From Limnothrix sp. BL-A-16 (GTDB lineage Bacteria > Cyanobacteriota > Cyanobacteriia > CACIAM-69d): a DNA stretch of 64,000 bases. Shown here piece after piece: positions 27,242 through 36,776 of this stretch; positions within the stretch are counted from its first letter, which is position 1, and each line of letters starts with the position of its first letter. Under the pieces are notes generated by a model. That model was given only the letters and a program-made list of their open reading frames with translations. It ran no database searches and was not told the DNA's origin. A program made the translations under genes and the position numbers. The stretch lies in the NCBI GenBank assembly GCA_041937175.2, contig CP166615.1, positions 1,600,001 through 1,664,000 on the forward strand. The letters are read 5' to 3'.

Positions 27242-29331
27242 GTGATCCAGAGAGCCATCCAGCGAGCAATCCGAACCATCATCCAACGTCGCTCGAGGCG
27301 ATCGGCGGGACGACGCTGGCCATTGGGGGCGATCGTCCTGGGGCTGATCCTCTGGTTGGGGGCCAGCAGTCCTTTGAATGCTCAGGCTCCTGCTGCTGCG
27401 GCGGCCTCGACCCTGGAAACCAACTGGGCCAATAGCCTCATTCAGCCTTGGGCTGCTCCTTGGGTGGGCGCTGAGGCCGATCGCCCCCAGGCCGCATGGA
27501 TTGAATTTGATGGGCGGCCAGTGTTTCAGATTGCAGCCACGCCCAAAGAATTGGCCCGGCGCACCGCCACCATCACCACCCAGTTACAGGGCGCGGGCGA
27601 TCGGTTCCTCAGCGACCCTAAGGGGTCGTTAGCGGTCACCATTGAACTCAGCGCCCCCGCCACCCCGCCCCCAACGCGGCAGTTCCCGGCCCTGGGTCGG
27701 CTCCCGCCGTTGCTGCTCCTGCGGCCCCCGCTGCGACCTTGCCCGCGGCGGCTTTGGTTGATGCGCCTCGAATTTTGGTCAATGGTCGCTACATCATGAC
27801 GGTGACGGCCCTGGATGCAGGAACCCAGCTCACCCAGCCCCGAATCTATGCCACTTCCGTGAAAACGGCCATTGAGGAATCCTTGCAACAGGCTCGGGCC
27901 GATCGACAACCGGCGGCCTTGGGGCAACAGGTGCGATCGAGCTTGGCCATTTGGCTGGTGGCCTTGGGGGCCCATTTGATGTTGGGTTGGGGTCTGCAAC
28001 GGCTCGATCGACTCAGCCACAGCACCCCGCCCGTTGACCCGAAACCCAACGACAGTTTTCCCCTGGCCGCTTGGTTGCAACGCCAGCGCCGAGATCATTG
28101 GCTGGCGATCGGGCGGATCTTGATTCAAATTGCCCAGCCTTCCGTATGGGCCGCTGCCAGTTTGTGGGTGTTGGGCAACTTCCCCGCCACCCGCTGGCTC
28201 CAGGCCCGAATCTTTGATGCCCTTGAGGCCTATCTCAAGCTGGGTTTGGCCACCCTGGTCACCTACATTGCAATTTTGTTGAGCTACATCGCCGTTGATC
28301 GGGCAACGGCGATCCTCACGGCCGGAACCCAAATTGCTCCCCGCACTCGCCCCCGTTTGCAACAGCGCGTCCTCACCCTATCCAGCATTCTCAAAAGTTT
28401 CCTGACCGTGTTGCTGGTCATTTTGGGGGCGATCGTCGGCCTGGCTGGCATTGGCGTAGATGTGGGGCCACTGATTGCCGGGGCGGGGTTAATTGGGGTG
28501 GCCCTGTCGCTGGCTTCCCAAAACCTAATTAAGGATGCCATTAACGGGTTTTTGATTTTGGCGGAGGATCAATTTTCCGTGGGCGACGCGATCGCGGTGG
28601 GCAACCTGACCGGTCGGGTGGAGGCGCTCACCCTGCGGGTCACGAAGCTACGGGATGCAGAACAGCGGCTGATTGTGATTCCCAACAGCGAAATCCGCAC
28701 GGTGGCCAACCTGTCCAACCACTATTCCCAAGCGGATTTACGAATCCCGATCGCCTATGGAGCCGACTTGGATCAAGCCCTGGCAATTTTGAATCAGCTC
28801 AGTGATGATCTGGCGGCGGATCCGCAGTGGTCAGAAATTTTGCTCGATCGTCCCCAAGTGTTGGGGATTGATGAGTTTTCCGCCAGTGGTTCCATGGTGC
28901 GGGTTTGGATTCGCACCACTCCCTTGCAACAGTGGGGCGCGGCTCGAGAATTTCGGCGGCGCGTGGCGATCGCCTTTAATGCGGCCCAAATTGGCTTGAT
29001 GGGGCAAACCGATCCACCTGCTCCGATCGTGCCTTTGGAAATGGAGGACAACGGGGCGCGCGATCGAGCAGAGGAGCGCGACAATGCTGAGCGCGACACC
29101 CTGGCCCAACAGTCCCAGTCCCGAAACCCAGACCCCGCAACCAACACAACCACAACGACCAAATCACCGAAGTCCGACAGTAACGGCCAGGGCGCTCACC
29201 ATGCCCACGCTCCCCGCGATCGGGATGGCGGCGACTCGGCCCCGATCGCGGATGGAATGACCGCTTCTGCGCCCAATCCGGGGGCCGATCTGGAGGCGGG
29301 CCCGATCGACCCGTCGGCAAAACCCAGCTAG
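27242..29331 (+). pseudogene. mscS: MscS-family mechanosensitive channel with long N-terminus, frameshifted near 27655-27672
   Basis: Two overlapping ORFs join into one coherent protein across C-runs; MscS motifs GAGLIGVA, EDQFSVGD, IPNS. Confidence 0.75.
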
Positions 29332-29669
29332 CTATCTTGCACCGGGTGACTTGTGCCAGTCTGGTTGAGACAGGTCTTGTCCGTATTGGTTGTGTTTGAA
29401 TAGGTTGCAATAATTACCCTTACCCCCGTGCGATCGTCTCTAATAGGCGATCGCTTCTTTTTTGCACCCACTTGCATCCAGCCAAGCAAGGTTCCCCCCG
29501 CCGCAATCCTATTGCGGGCCGGAGTTTGGGGCTGGCCACGAACTGCACCCTAAACGACCATAGAACTGTTAGGCAAGTGTGAAGCTTTCGTAATAGCCAA
29601 TTTAGGTGGCGAGAACCCAAATTTGACGAAACAGGGTTCATTTAGGAAGGAAAAGCTGTTTTCTGAAAT

Positions 29670-29702
29670 AAAAAGAGGGAAGCTAATCTCGATTAGCTCC
29701 CC
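29670..29702 (-). terminator. intrinsic terminator after mntP
   Basis: agctaatc-tc-gattagct hairpin followed by a T-run on -. Confidence 0.55.
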
Positions 29703-29770
29703 AAACTACAGGTTCTTGATACCTGCTATACCATTTCAATTATTGACATAATGATGGCCACTTTGCCGAA

Positions 29771-30343
29771 TCACACCGCAGTTAGTAACATTTTGAAGCC
29801 AAGCAAAATCAGAATCACACCGCCCACAATCTCTACCTTGCCCACGTGGGAGTAGAGTCGGCAGCCAAAGGACTTCCCTAAAAAGACCCCCGCCAAGCAG
29901 ACTGCAAAGGTGATGAGGCCAATCACGCCGGCCACTTGCAGGATGGGCGTGTTTACCACCGTCAGCCCCACACCCGCCGCCAGGGCATCGATGCTTGTGG
30001 CGATCGCGAGGCCCGTGAGCATTCTGGTGTCAGCGGGGTTGCAGGCTTGCTCGCTGGGGTTGTCGTCGCCATCCCCCAGGGCTTCGCGAATTGTCTTGGC
30101 CCCGATCGCCACCAACAACAAGAAGGCAATCCACTGATCGTAGGCCTCAATGGTCGATCGCCAAGTCAGGCTCAGACCCCAACCCAGGATCGGCATCAAC
30201 ATTTGAAACCCACCAAAAAACAGCGCAATTTTGATGGCTTTGTGCCAGCGAGCATACTTCATGGATAAGCCGCTGGACACGGAGACTGCGAAGGCATCTG
30301 CTGATAGTCCTAGTCCTAGAGAAGCTGCCGTTAAAATGTCCAT
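29771..30343 (-). CDS. mntP: manganese efflux pump MntP
   Basis: LSADAFAVS, AIATSIDALAAG. Confidence 0.92.
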   Translation of the reverse strand: MDILTAASLGLGLSADAFAVSVSSGLSMKYARWHKAIKIALFFGGFQMLMPILGWGLSLTWRSTIEAYDQWIAFLLLVAIGAKTIREALGDGDDNPSEQACNPADTRMLTGLAIATSIDALAAGVGLTVVNTPILQVAGVIGLITFAVCLAGVFLGKSFGCRLYSHVGKVEIVGGVILILLGFKMLLTAV

Positions 30344-31106
30344 AGTGGTTGTTGGGGAGCCTAGTTGAGTTGGGAATCAAGGATGTTTATAAAAATGCTT
30401 GATTTCTGATTGGGAACAATTCATCAAGCATAAAATCAGAAATTTTTATTTCAATTCTGAACAGTGTCATTATAGATAACTTTTTGATTTCTTTGTTTCA
30501 TATTCAATTCATCTTTTCAATTCATCTTTATTGTTTTATTTCTGATTCATTTTTGATTCATTTTTCTAATTCAAATTAATTTCAGCGAGTTGATCAAAAT
30601 TGGGTTGATCAGAAAAAATTGAGCAAGATAATCACACTTTTGGACTTTCTTCGGACTAATAATATCCCTTCATTCCAATAAGAAAATTTGCTTAGAATAT
30701 TTACTGACAGAGCATTTCGAGCGATTGTGACTTGGTTTAAATCTGTATTTAATCGATTATCGTAGTAATGTGGAAGCCTTCAAGATCAGTAGTAATAAAT
30801 TTATTTTGGCGAAAATGAAATGATAATGAATAGAAAATGAATTAAATTTGAATTTCAACTCAAAATCTTGGACTCAATCTCCTGTAATCCTTTGGAGAGT
30901 TGCGAGCACCCCAAAATACCATCCAGGTGTTCTCTTGACCCTTGATCTTGACTTTTGGTGAGTGATGATTTTCTGGCGCTGGGCAGCTCCTGCCGTAACT
31001 TATTTTTTCTGAAATTCCTTAAACTATTTAAACTATATTCAATCGATGAGATAGTCTTTCGCGACGATCTTTTTCAGTCAGTCAGGATGACTTGAGAGGA
31101 AAATTC

Positions 31107-31700
31107 ATGGCCAAGGCTCAGCCCTATCAACCTTCGTTATTGCGGTTTTTGCATGGCATCAGTGCCAGCTTGGGGATTGGGGCAATTGTGACGGCGGCCC
31201 TGACCTACAACACTTACGACGGCCGGTGGGGCCGGTTGCCGTTGCCCCCGATCGCGGACATTGAAGGCTTGCACGGCACATTCGGTCTGTTTTTCCTGGT
31301 GATGTTGTTGCCGCTGGCGCTATACAGCTTCTATTTGGGTTCCCATCGGTTGCTTTCGATCGCGGCGCTGCGGCAACTGGGCAATCAACAGGCGGGTCAA
31401 TCTTGGCGATCGCTCCATCGCCTGGCGAATACATTGATGTTGTTGGCGGCGGGGCTGGCGGTGGTTTCCGGCCGGCAAATTAAGGAGGAATGGCTGCCAG
31501 CCGGGGAGTTTCACCATGTTTGGTATTCCGTACATTTGGCGGCTTGGGTGGTGATGGTGCTGTGTTTGGGGCTGCATGTGGCGGCGGCGTTGCGATCGGG
31601 CGGTTGGCCTCTGATTCGATCGATGTTGAGCTGGCAGGTGCGATCGAGCGATCGGCCCCAAGCTTGGTGGTCGCAGGTTCAAGGCATTTGGCGACGTTAA
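31107..31700 (+). CDS. cytochrome b/b6-domain membrane protein
   Basis: Four TM helices with spaced His (RFLHG, LHG, VH...LH). Confidence 0.8.
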   Translation: MAKAQPYQPSLLRFLHGISASLGIGAIVTAALTYNTYDGRWGRLPLPPIADIEGLHGTFGLFFLVMLLPLALYSFYLGSHRLLSIAALRQLGNQQAGQSWRSLHRLANTLMLLAAGLAVVSGRQIKEEWLPAGEFHHVWYSVHLAAWVVMVLCLGLHVAAALRSGGWPLIRSMLSWQVRSSDRPQAWWSQVQGIWRR

Positions 31701-31751
31701 GCCGCTGCTTTTGAGGCAAGGAAGCACTGAGAAATTTGGTATTGCACGGGG

Positions 31752-31775
31752 GACAAGGGGTTTAAACCCCTTGTC
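31752..31775. repeat. REP-like palindrome variant
   Basis: gacaaggggtttaaaccccttgtc (compensatory C>T / G>A pair). Confidence 0.8.
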
Positions 31776-32206
31776 TGTTTGTTTTGTCTGTTTGTTTGTA
31801 TTTGTTTAAGCCCCTCGTCTGTTTGTACTTGGGGCATTGGCAATTTAAGGGCCGGATTTGAGATGGCATAGACCGCAGTTGAGGCATAGACCGCAATTTT
31901 GTATCGCAACTTCTAGTTTCTGGAGTGCCTTGGGACTAACTGGCGGCGAGGTCAGGCTCCGTTCGGAGGGTATGGGTCTGTTAGGGGACTGGTGCTGACG
32001 GTTCTGTTTTGATCGATTTATCAGAAATCATTTTGAGTTTTTAACAAGTTGACAATTTGAATGTCTGAATTCTCATAAATTTGTATTTTGAAATTCTTGA
32101 GACGTTGAATTCTCATGAATTTAAATTCTTTTATTTTTGAGTGGTTGAATGGTTGACCAGTGAGCAAGATGGCGAGCGAGGCGGTAGAATTCGCCTGTGG
32201 TCTGGG

Positions 32207-33094
32207 ATGTGGGCAAAACCGGTGGCAAGCACAACGATCGCGATCGTGAATCCCAAAGGGGGTGTGGGCAAAACCACGACGGTGCTTTGCTTGGCGGAAC
32301 TATTGGCGGCTCGCTTACCTATGGAATCGCCTGTGGTGATGGTGGATTTGGATCCCCAAGCACACCTAACGGCCCTGCTGGGAGCGACGGATTCACCCTC
32401 GATCGCGACGACGTTGCAAGAGCAGGGGGCGATCGGCGATCGACTGGTTGCGGCGGGTGATCGAGGGTGGCTGTTGCCGGGTGGTTTGGATTTGGAGTCG
32501 GCGGCGGTGGCCCTGGCGCGATCGCCCGAGGGATTGTTGCGGCTGCGTCAGACCCTGGCGCAACCTTGGCCACCTCTGGAATCATTGGGAAAACTTGATG
32601 AGCAGAAAACCAAACCGTTTTTGGCAACCTCTCCCGCCCAAACCCAAAGCCCTCTGGTGTTGCTGGATTGCCCGCCGGGATTGGGGTTTTGGACGCTGAG
32701 TGCGTTGGCGGCGGCGGATGGGTTGTTGATTCCGGTACAATGCCAACCCTTGGCCTTGCGCAGTTTGTTGGCTCTGATGGAAACGGTGGCCAGCGTGCGA
32801 TCGCAGCTCAATCCCAATTTGCGGGTTGTGGGGGTGTTGCCGACCATGAGTGAACGACGGGCCCCTTGGTGTGATCAGGTGTTGGCGGGATTGCAAGATT
32901 GGGCCCTGGCCAGCCGAGGCGCGATCGCCCTGTTTCCGCCCATTCCCCGATCGGCTTGTTTCCCCAAGCTCACGGTCGATGGAAAATTGTTGCGATCGGG
33001 ACTTGCTCGCCAGCGCCGATCGGTTGTGTTGCAGGGTTATGAGGCGATCGCGGCGGTTTTGGTCGATCGCCCCTCACCCACCAAGCCAACCTGA
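32207..33094 (+). CDS. ParA/Soj-family ATPase
   Basis: NPKGGVGKTT, DLDPQ, DCPP. Confidence 0.9.
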   Translation: MWAKPVASTTIAIVNPKGGVGKTTTVLCLAELLAARLPMESPVVMVDLDPQAHLTALLGATDSPSIATTLQEQGAIGDRLVAAGDRGWLLPGGLDLESAAVALARSPEGLLRLRQTLAQPWPPLESLGKLDEQKTKPFLATSPAQTQSPLVLLDCPPGLGFWTLSALAAADGLLIPVQCQPLALRSLLALMETVASVRSQLNPNLRVVGVLPTMSERRAPWCDQVLAGLQDWALASRGAIALFPPIPRSACFPKLTVDGKLLRSGLARQRRSVVLQGYEAIAAVLVDRPSPTKPT

Positions 33095-33209
33095 TCGATC
33101 GTCTCTATTCATCTCCTCTACAGAGTCTTAAACCGATTGACCTATTTCCCTGCTTTTCCGGATCCATTTCCCAGTTCACCGCTTTAAATCCCCAATCCAG
33201 CAATTCACC

Positions 33210-33539
33210 ATGTCTCCAGAACCCACGGCCGGCGATCAGTTGTTAGCGCAATATCTGCAACCCACGGAATCTGAGGCGGATTCGCTGCCGCCCGCACCCA
33301 AGGGCCAGGCGGCCAGTTTGCGCCGGGCCACTTTTCAAGTGCGGGAGTCGGTGCTGGATGAACTCGATCGCTTCCATTTGGAGCTGCAATTGGCCCTGGG
33401 TAAAAGCAATGCGCCCTACAAGGAAACGATCGTGGAAGCGGCGATCGTTCATCTCCTGAACCAAGCCAAGGAAGATGGGGGGCAATGGATTGAACGATTG
33501 CAACAGTGGCAGCAAAGCCGGTTGCGATCGCGTCGCTAG
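33210..33539 (+). CDS. small ParA-associated protein (RHH-like)
   Basis: Low-complexity N-terminus then RRATFQV strand and two helices; follows parA. Confidence 0.6.
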   Translation: MSPEPTAGDQLLAQYLQPTESEADSLPPAPKGQAASLRRATFQVRESVLDELDRFHLELQLALGKSNAPYKETIVEAAIVHLLNQAKEDGGQWIERLQQWQQSRLRSRR

Positions 33540-33597
33540 CGCCGTTAAGACCGCGCCAGAATTTGCACCCAAATTGCGCCGTTAGCGCCGTTACTCG

Positions 33598-34053
33598 TCA
33601 CTCATCGATCGAGGGGCGATCGAGCGGGTTCACCTCTTCGGGTTGTTCTTGGCCCCAGCGATCGAGCCACCGCAAGCCCCCATAGCCCAACAGGGCCCCA
33701 AGGCCGTAGTGGACAAAATCCCACCAATCGAAGTAGCTGCCAAAAATAATTTGCCCTAGGAAGGTGGCGCGAATCGCCTGCAACATCGGTGGATGCCACA
33801 GTTGCAGCAGTTCGATCCCGATCGCGATCGCCATCACCCAAGCACTCAGCACCCCAGCCGATCGCCGGGGCCACAGCCAACGGGCCACCCCAATCAGAAA
33901 AATCATCACCAACACATCGCCCAGGTGATGTTGCACCCAATTTTCCAGGGGGCCGTGGTAGCGCTTGGTTCCCAACCCGAGGGCTGTGAGCACCCCCAGA
34001 ATGCCGGCCAATAGCCAACGATTTTGGGGTCTAGAAGCGGTTGGAGTCACCAT
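33598..34053 (-). CDS. DUF2809 membrane protein
   Basis: GDVL, IELLQL..P, G..FDWWD..Y. Confidence 0.8.
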   Translation of the reverse strand: MVTPTASRPQNRWLLAGILGVLTALGLGTKRYHGPLENWVQHHLGDVLVMIFLIGVARWLWPRRSAGVLSAWVMAIAIGIELLQLWHPPMLQAIRATFLGQIIFGSYFDWWDFVHYGLGALLGYGGLRWLDRWGQEQPEEVNPLDRPSIDE

Positions 34054-34250
34054 CGAAGGGTTTGGGTCACGTAATGGGGTTTCGACCCCCAATTTAGCGT
34101 TCTTGAATGCAAGATTAGTTTAGTAATCTTGCATTCAAATCGTCGTTCGTCGCCCATTTTTGGATTTGCTGACCGTTAACCAGGGCTTTGACCCGATCGC
34201 GCCGCTAACCGAGATGTCAAAATAGCGCGGCGGAGTTTTGGTACAGAGCC

Positions 34251-35144
34251 ATGGGTTCGGCAACGGTAATCGGGGTAGATTTGGGCGGCACAGCCATCAA
34301 GTTGGGACGGTATACGGCCACGGGTGATTGTTTGGCTTCGTTGGTGATTGATACTCCCCAGCCGGCCACACCCACAGCAGTCACGGAGGCGATCGCCACC
34401 GCCATTCAGCAACTCGACCCCGATCGCTCCTCGATCGCGATCGGGATTGGCACGCCGGGGCCCGCCGACGCGGCCGGCCGGATCGCCCGAGTCGCCATCA
34501 ACCTAGAAGGCTGGCGCGATGTGCCCTTAGCCGATTGGATGGAAGCGGCCACGGGCCGATCGACCATTTTGGCCAACGATGCCAACTGCGCTGGCTTAGG
34601 AGAAGCCTGGTTAGGAGCCGGTCGCCAATTCCAAGACCTGCTGGTGTTGACCCTGGGTACGGGCGTAGGCGGAGCCGTCATTTTGGGGGGCGAACTGTTC
34701 ACGGGCCGCACCGGAGCCGCCGGGGAATTGGGTCTGATTACCCTCAATCCCGACGGGCCCCCTTGCAACAGCGGCAATCAAGGATCGTTGGAGCAATACA
34801 CCTCCGTGCAGGCGGTGCGGCGGCGCACGGGCCTGGAACCTCACCAGGTGGCGGCCAAGGCCGCGGCAGGCGATGTTGAGGCGATCGACTTTTGGGCCGC
34901 CTACGGCCGAGACTTGGGAGCCGGATTGGCCAGCCTAATCTACATTTTCACGCCCGAAGCCGTGGTGATTGGCGGTGGCATCAGTGCCGGGGCCCAGTGG
35001 TTTTTCCCGGCCATGGAAGCGGAAGTGAACCGGCGGGTGCTGCCTTCCTCTCGGGAAGGATTGCAACTGGTGGTGGCGGAATTGGGCAATCAGGCAGGCA
35101 TGGCCGGGGCGGCCCGGTTGGCTTGGCAGCGATTGGCCTCCTAG
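34251..35144 (+). CDS. glk: ROK family sugar kinase (glucokinase)
   Basis: DLGGT, NDANCA, LGTGVGG, GELG. Confidence 0.85.
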   Translation: MGSATVIGVDLGGTAIKLGRYTATGDCLASLVIDTPQPATPTAVTEAIATAIQQLDPDRSSIAIGIGTPGPADAAGRIARVAINLEGWRDVPLADWMEAATGRSTILANDANCAGLGEAWLGAGRQFQDLLVLTLGTGVGGAVILGGELFTGRTGAAGELGLITLNPDGPPCNSGNQGSLEQYTSVQAVRRRTGLEPHQVAAKAAAGDVEAIDFWAAYGRDLGAGLASLIYIFTPEAVVIGGGISAGAQWFFPAMEAEVNRRVLPSSREGLQLVVAELGNQAGMAGAARLAWQRLAS

Positions 35145-35349
35145 GGTGTGACGATCGCGGCGATCGGGACGGGTGAATCAAAAGCGTCCGGATTCAACCC
35201 TGCCAGCCAGAAGAGCAAAGTGGGGATACGACCGCCGGGCCTTGGCTAGACACCGCAAGCCCAGGGTGGTTGTGCTGGCTCAGGCCAATCGCTTGGCCCC
35301 CTGATTTGCCGTTTTTTGATCGCTTGATTGACGATCCCAGGTCGTTCCT

Positions 35350-35817
35350 ATGCCGCCGCGCGTCACGCTGAACCCCCATCTCAGCCTCGATCGCCTGCGC
35401 GATCGCTACCGTCAAGCCAAGGAAGCCACCGAGGCCCGCCGATGGCACCTGCTCTATTTAATTGCCCAAGGCTGGACCATTACCCAAGCGGCCCGAGTGG
35501 TGGACTTGAGCTACGACTATGCCAAGGAGTTGGTTCGTCGCTATAACCAACTGGGCCCCAATGCGATCGACCGGCGACCCAGCCAACGCCACCGATCGGC
35601 TCGATCACTCCTGACCACAGAGCAACAACAGGAATTAGCGCAATTGCTGGATCAACCAGCTCCCGACGGGGGCCCTTGGTCAGGGCCCAAAGTAGCCCAA
35701 TGGATTGCCGAACGAACCGGGCGCGATCGGGTTTGGCCCCAGCGGGGCTGGGAATATTTGCAACGGCTCCAAGAGGGGAAACCGAGCAACCACCGCACCA
35801 ATGGGAAGCAACATTAA
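35350..35817 (+). CDS. stand-alone IS630-like HTH/winged-helix protein
   Basis: EARRWHLL, RRYN..GP, PDGGPWSGPKVA.WI, QRGWEYL; no DDE domain. Confidence 0.75.
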   Translation: MPPRVTLNPHLSLDRLRDRYRQAKEATEARRWHLLYLIAQGWTITQAARVVDLSYDYAKELVRRYNQLGPNAIDRRPSQRHRSARSLLTTEQQQELAQLLDQPAPDGGPWSGPKVAQWIAERTGRDRVWPQRGWEYLQRLQEGKPSNHRTNGKQH

Positions 35818-35852
35818 CGGACAACACCAACAGAGGGGTTAATCAACGGTTG

Positions 35853-36563
35853 CTAATCGGGCTGAACCAGTGACGCTAAAAACGCTTCCCACTGGGCAAC
35901 TTCAGCAGGATCGGCCTGTGTTTGCTGTTTCCAAGCCAAGATTCCCTCCGCCCCTTGCCGGGCCGCCGTCAATCGCCCCAACGCCCGATCGGCATAGCAC
36001 CGAAACTCCAGCGCCATAATTTGCAATTGCGGATCCTGGTTTTCTAGCCCAAAACCATTCACATCGGCGCAATGCTCATCCAGCGCCGCCCAAGCGCCGT
36101 GATATTTTTCCCAATACAAAACCCAATACCAAACCTTGCGAAATCGCTCGGCATCCCGTAAATATTCCGTGGCCACATTCATGGCATGGGCAAAGCGATC
36201 GATCGCTTCCTCCAGCAAAGACAAATGCCCCAGCGTGTTGCCATAGGCCAGATAGAAATCAAAGATTTCCGCCGTTTCCAACTGCCCGGCCATGCCTCGA
36301 TCGAGTTCCTGAAAAATCACCTGAGCGGCTTCATAATTCCGCAAGCTCATCAGGCAATAGGCCTTGCGCAGTTCCACCAGCGCCAAAAATTGTCCCGTCA
36401 CCAACCCTGAAGGCGGATTACCCAGGCCAGCGAACACCGTTTCGTATTGGGCAAGGGCGCTGGCAATATCCCCTTCGCCGGCCAACCGGGCTGCCTCATT
36501 GAAGCGATCGAGACAAACCTGAGGAACAACCTGAGAACCACCAAAAGATGCGGGATCGGCCAT
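35853..36563 (-). CDS. TPR-like helical hypothetical protein
   Basis: 236-aa ORF with helical repeat pattern. Confidence 0.65.
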   Translation of the reverse strand: MADPASFGGSQVVPQVCLDRFNEAARLAGEGDIASALAQYETVFAGLGNPPSGLVTGQFLALVELRKAYCLMSLRNYEAAQVIFQELDRGMAGQLETAEIFDFYLAYGNTLGHLSLLEEAIDRFAHAMNVATEYLRDAERFRKVWYWVLYWEKYHGAWAALDEHCADVNGFGLENQDPQLQIMALEFRCYADRALGRLTAARQGAEGILAWKQQTQADPAEVAQWEAFLASLVQPD

Positions 36564-36699
36564 GAACCAACCTCAAAAACAAGCGTCATCGCCCAGCATA
36601 ACAACGCGATCGCCTGGTAATTTCCGGTGCGATCGCGCTGTTAGGGTTCATCAATTGTTTGTCTTGCGATCTTGAGAGTTTCGCGATGGGGTTCGATGA

Positions 36700-36730
36700 C
36701 AGGGGGCGATCGATTCCCGATCGCCCCCTG
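36700..36730. terminator. HIP1-derived hairpin downstream of phoX
   Basis: cagggggcgatcg-attcc-cgatcgccccctg. Confidence 0.5.
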
Positions 36731-36776
36731 CACCTAAGAATCCAATTGGAACCTAGAAACTAACGAACTCACCAGC

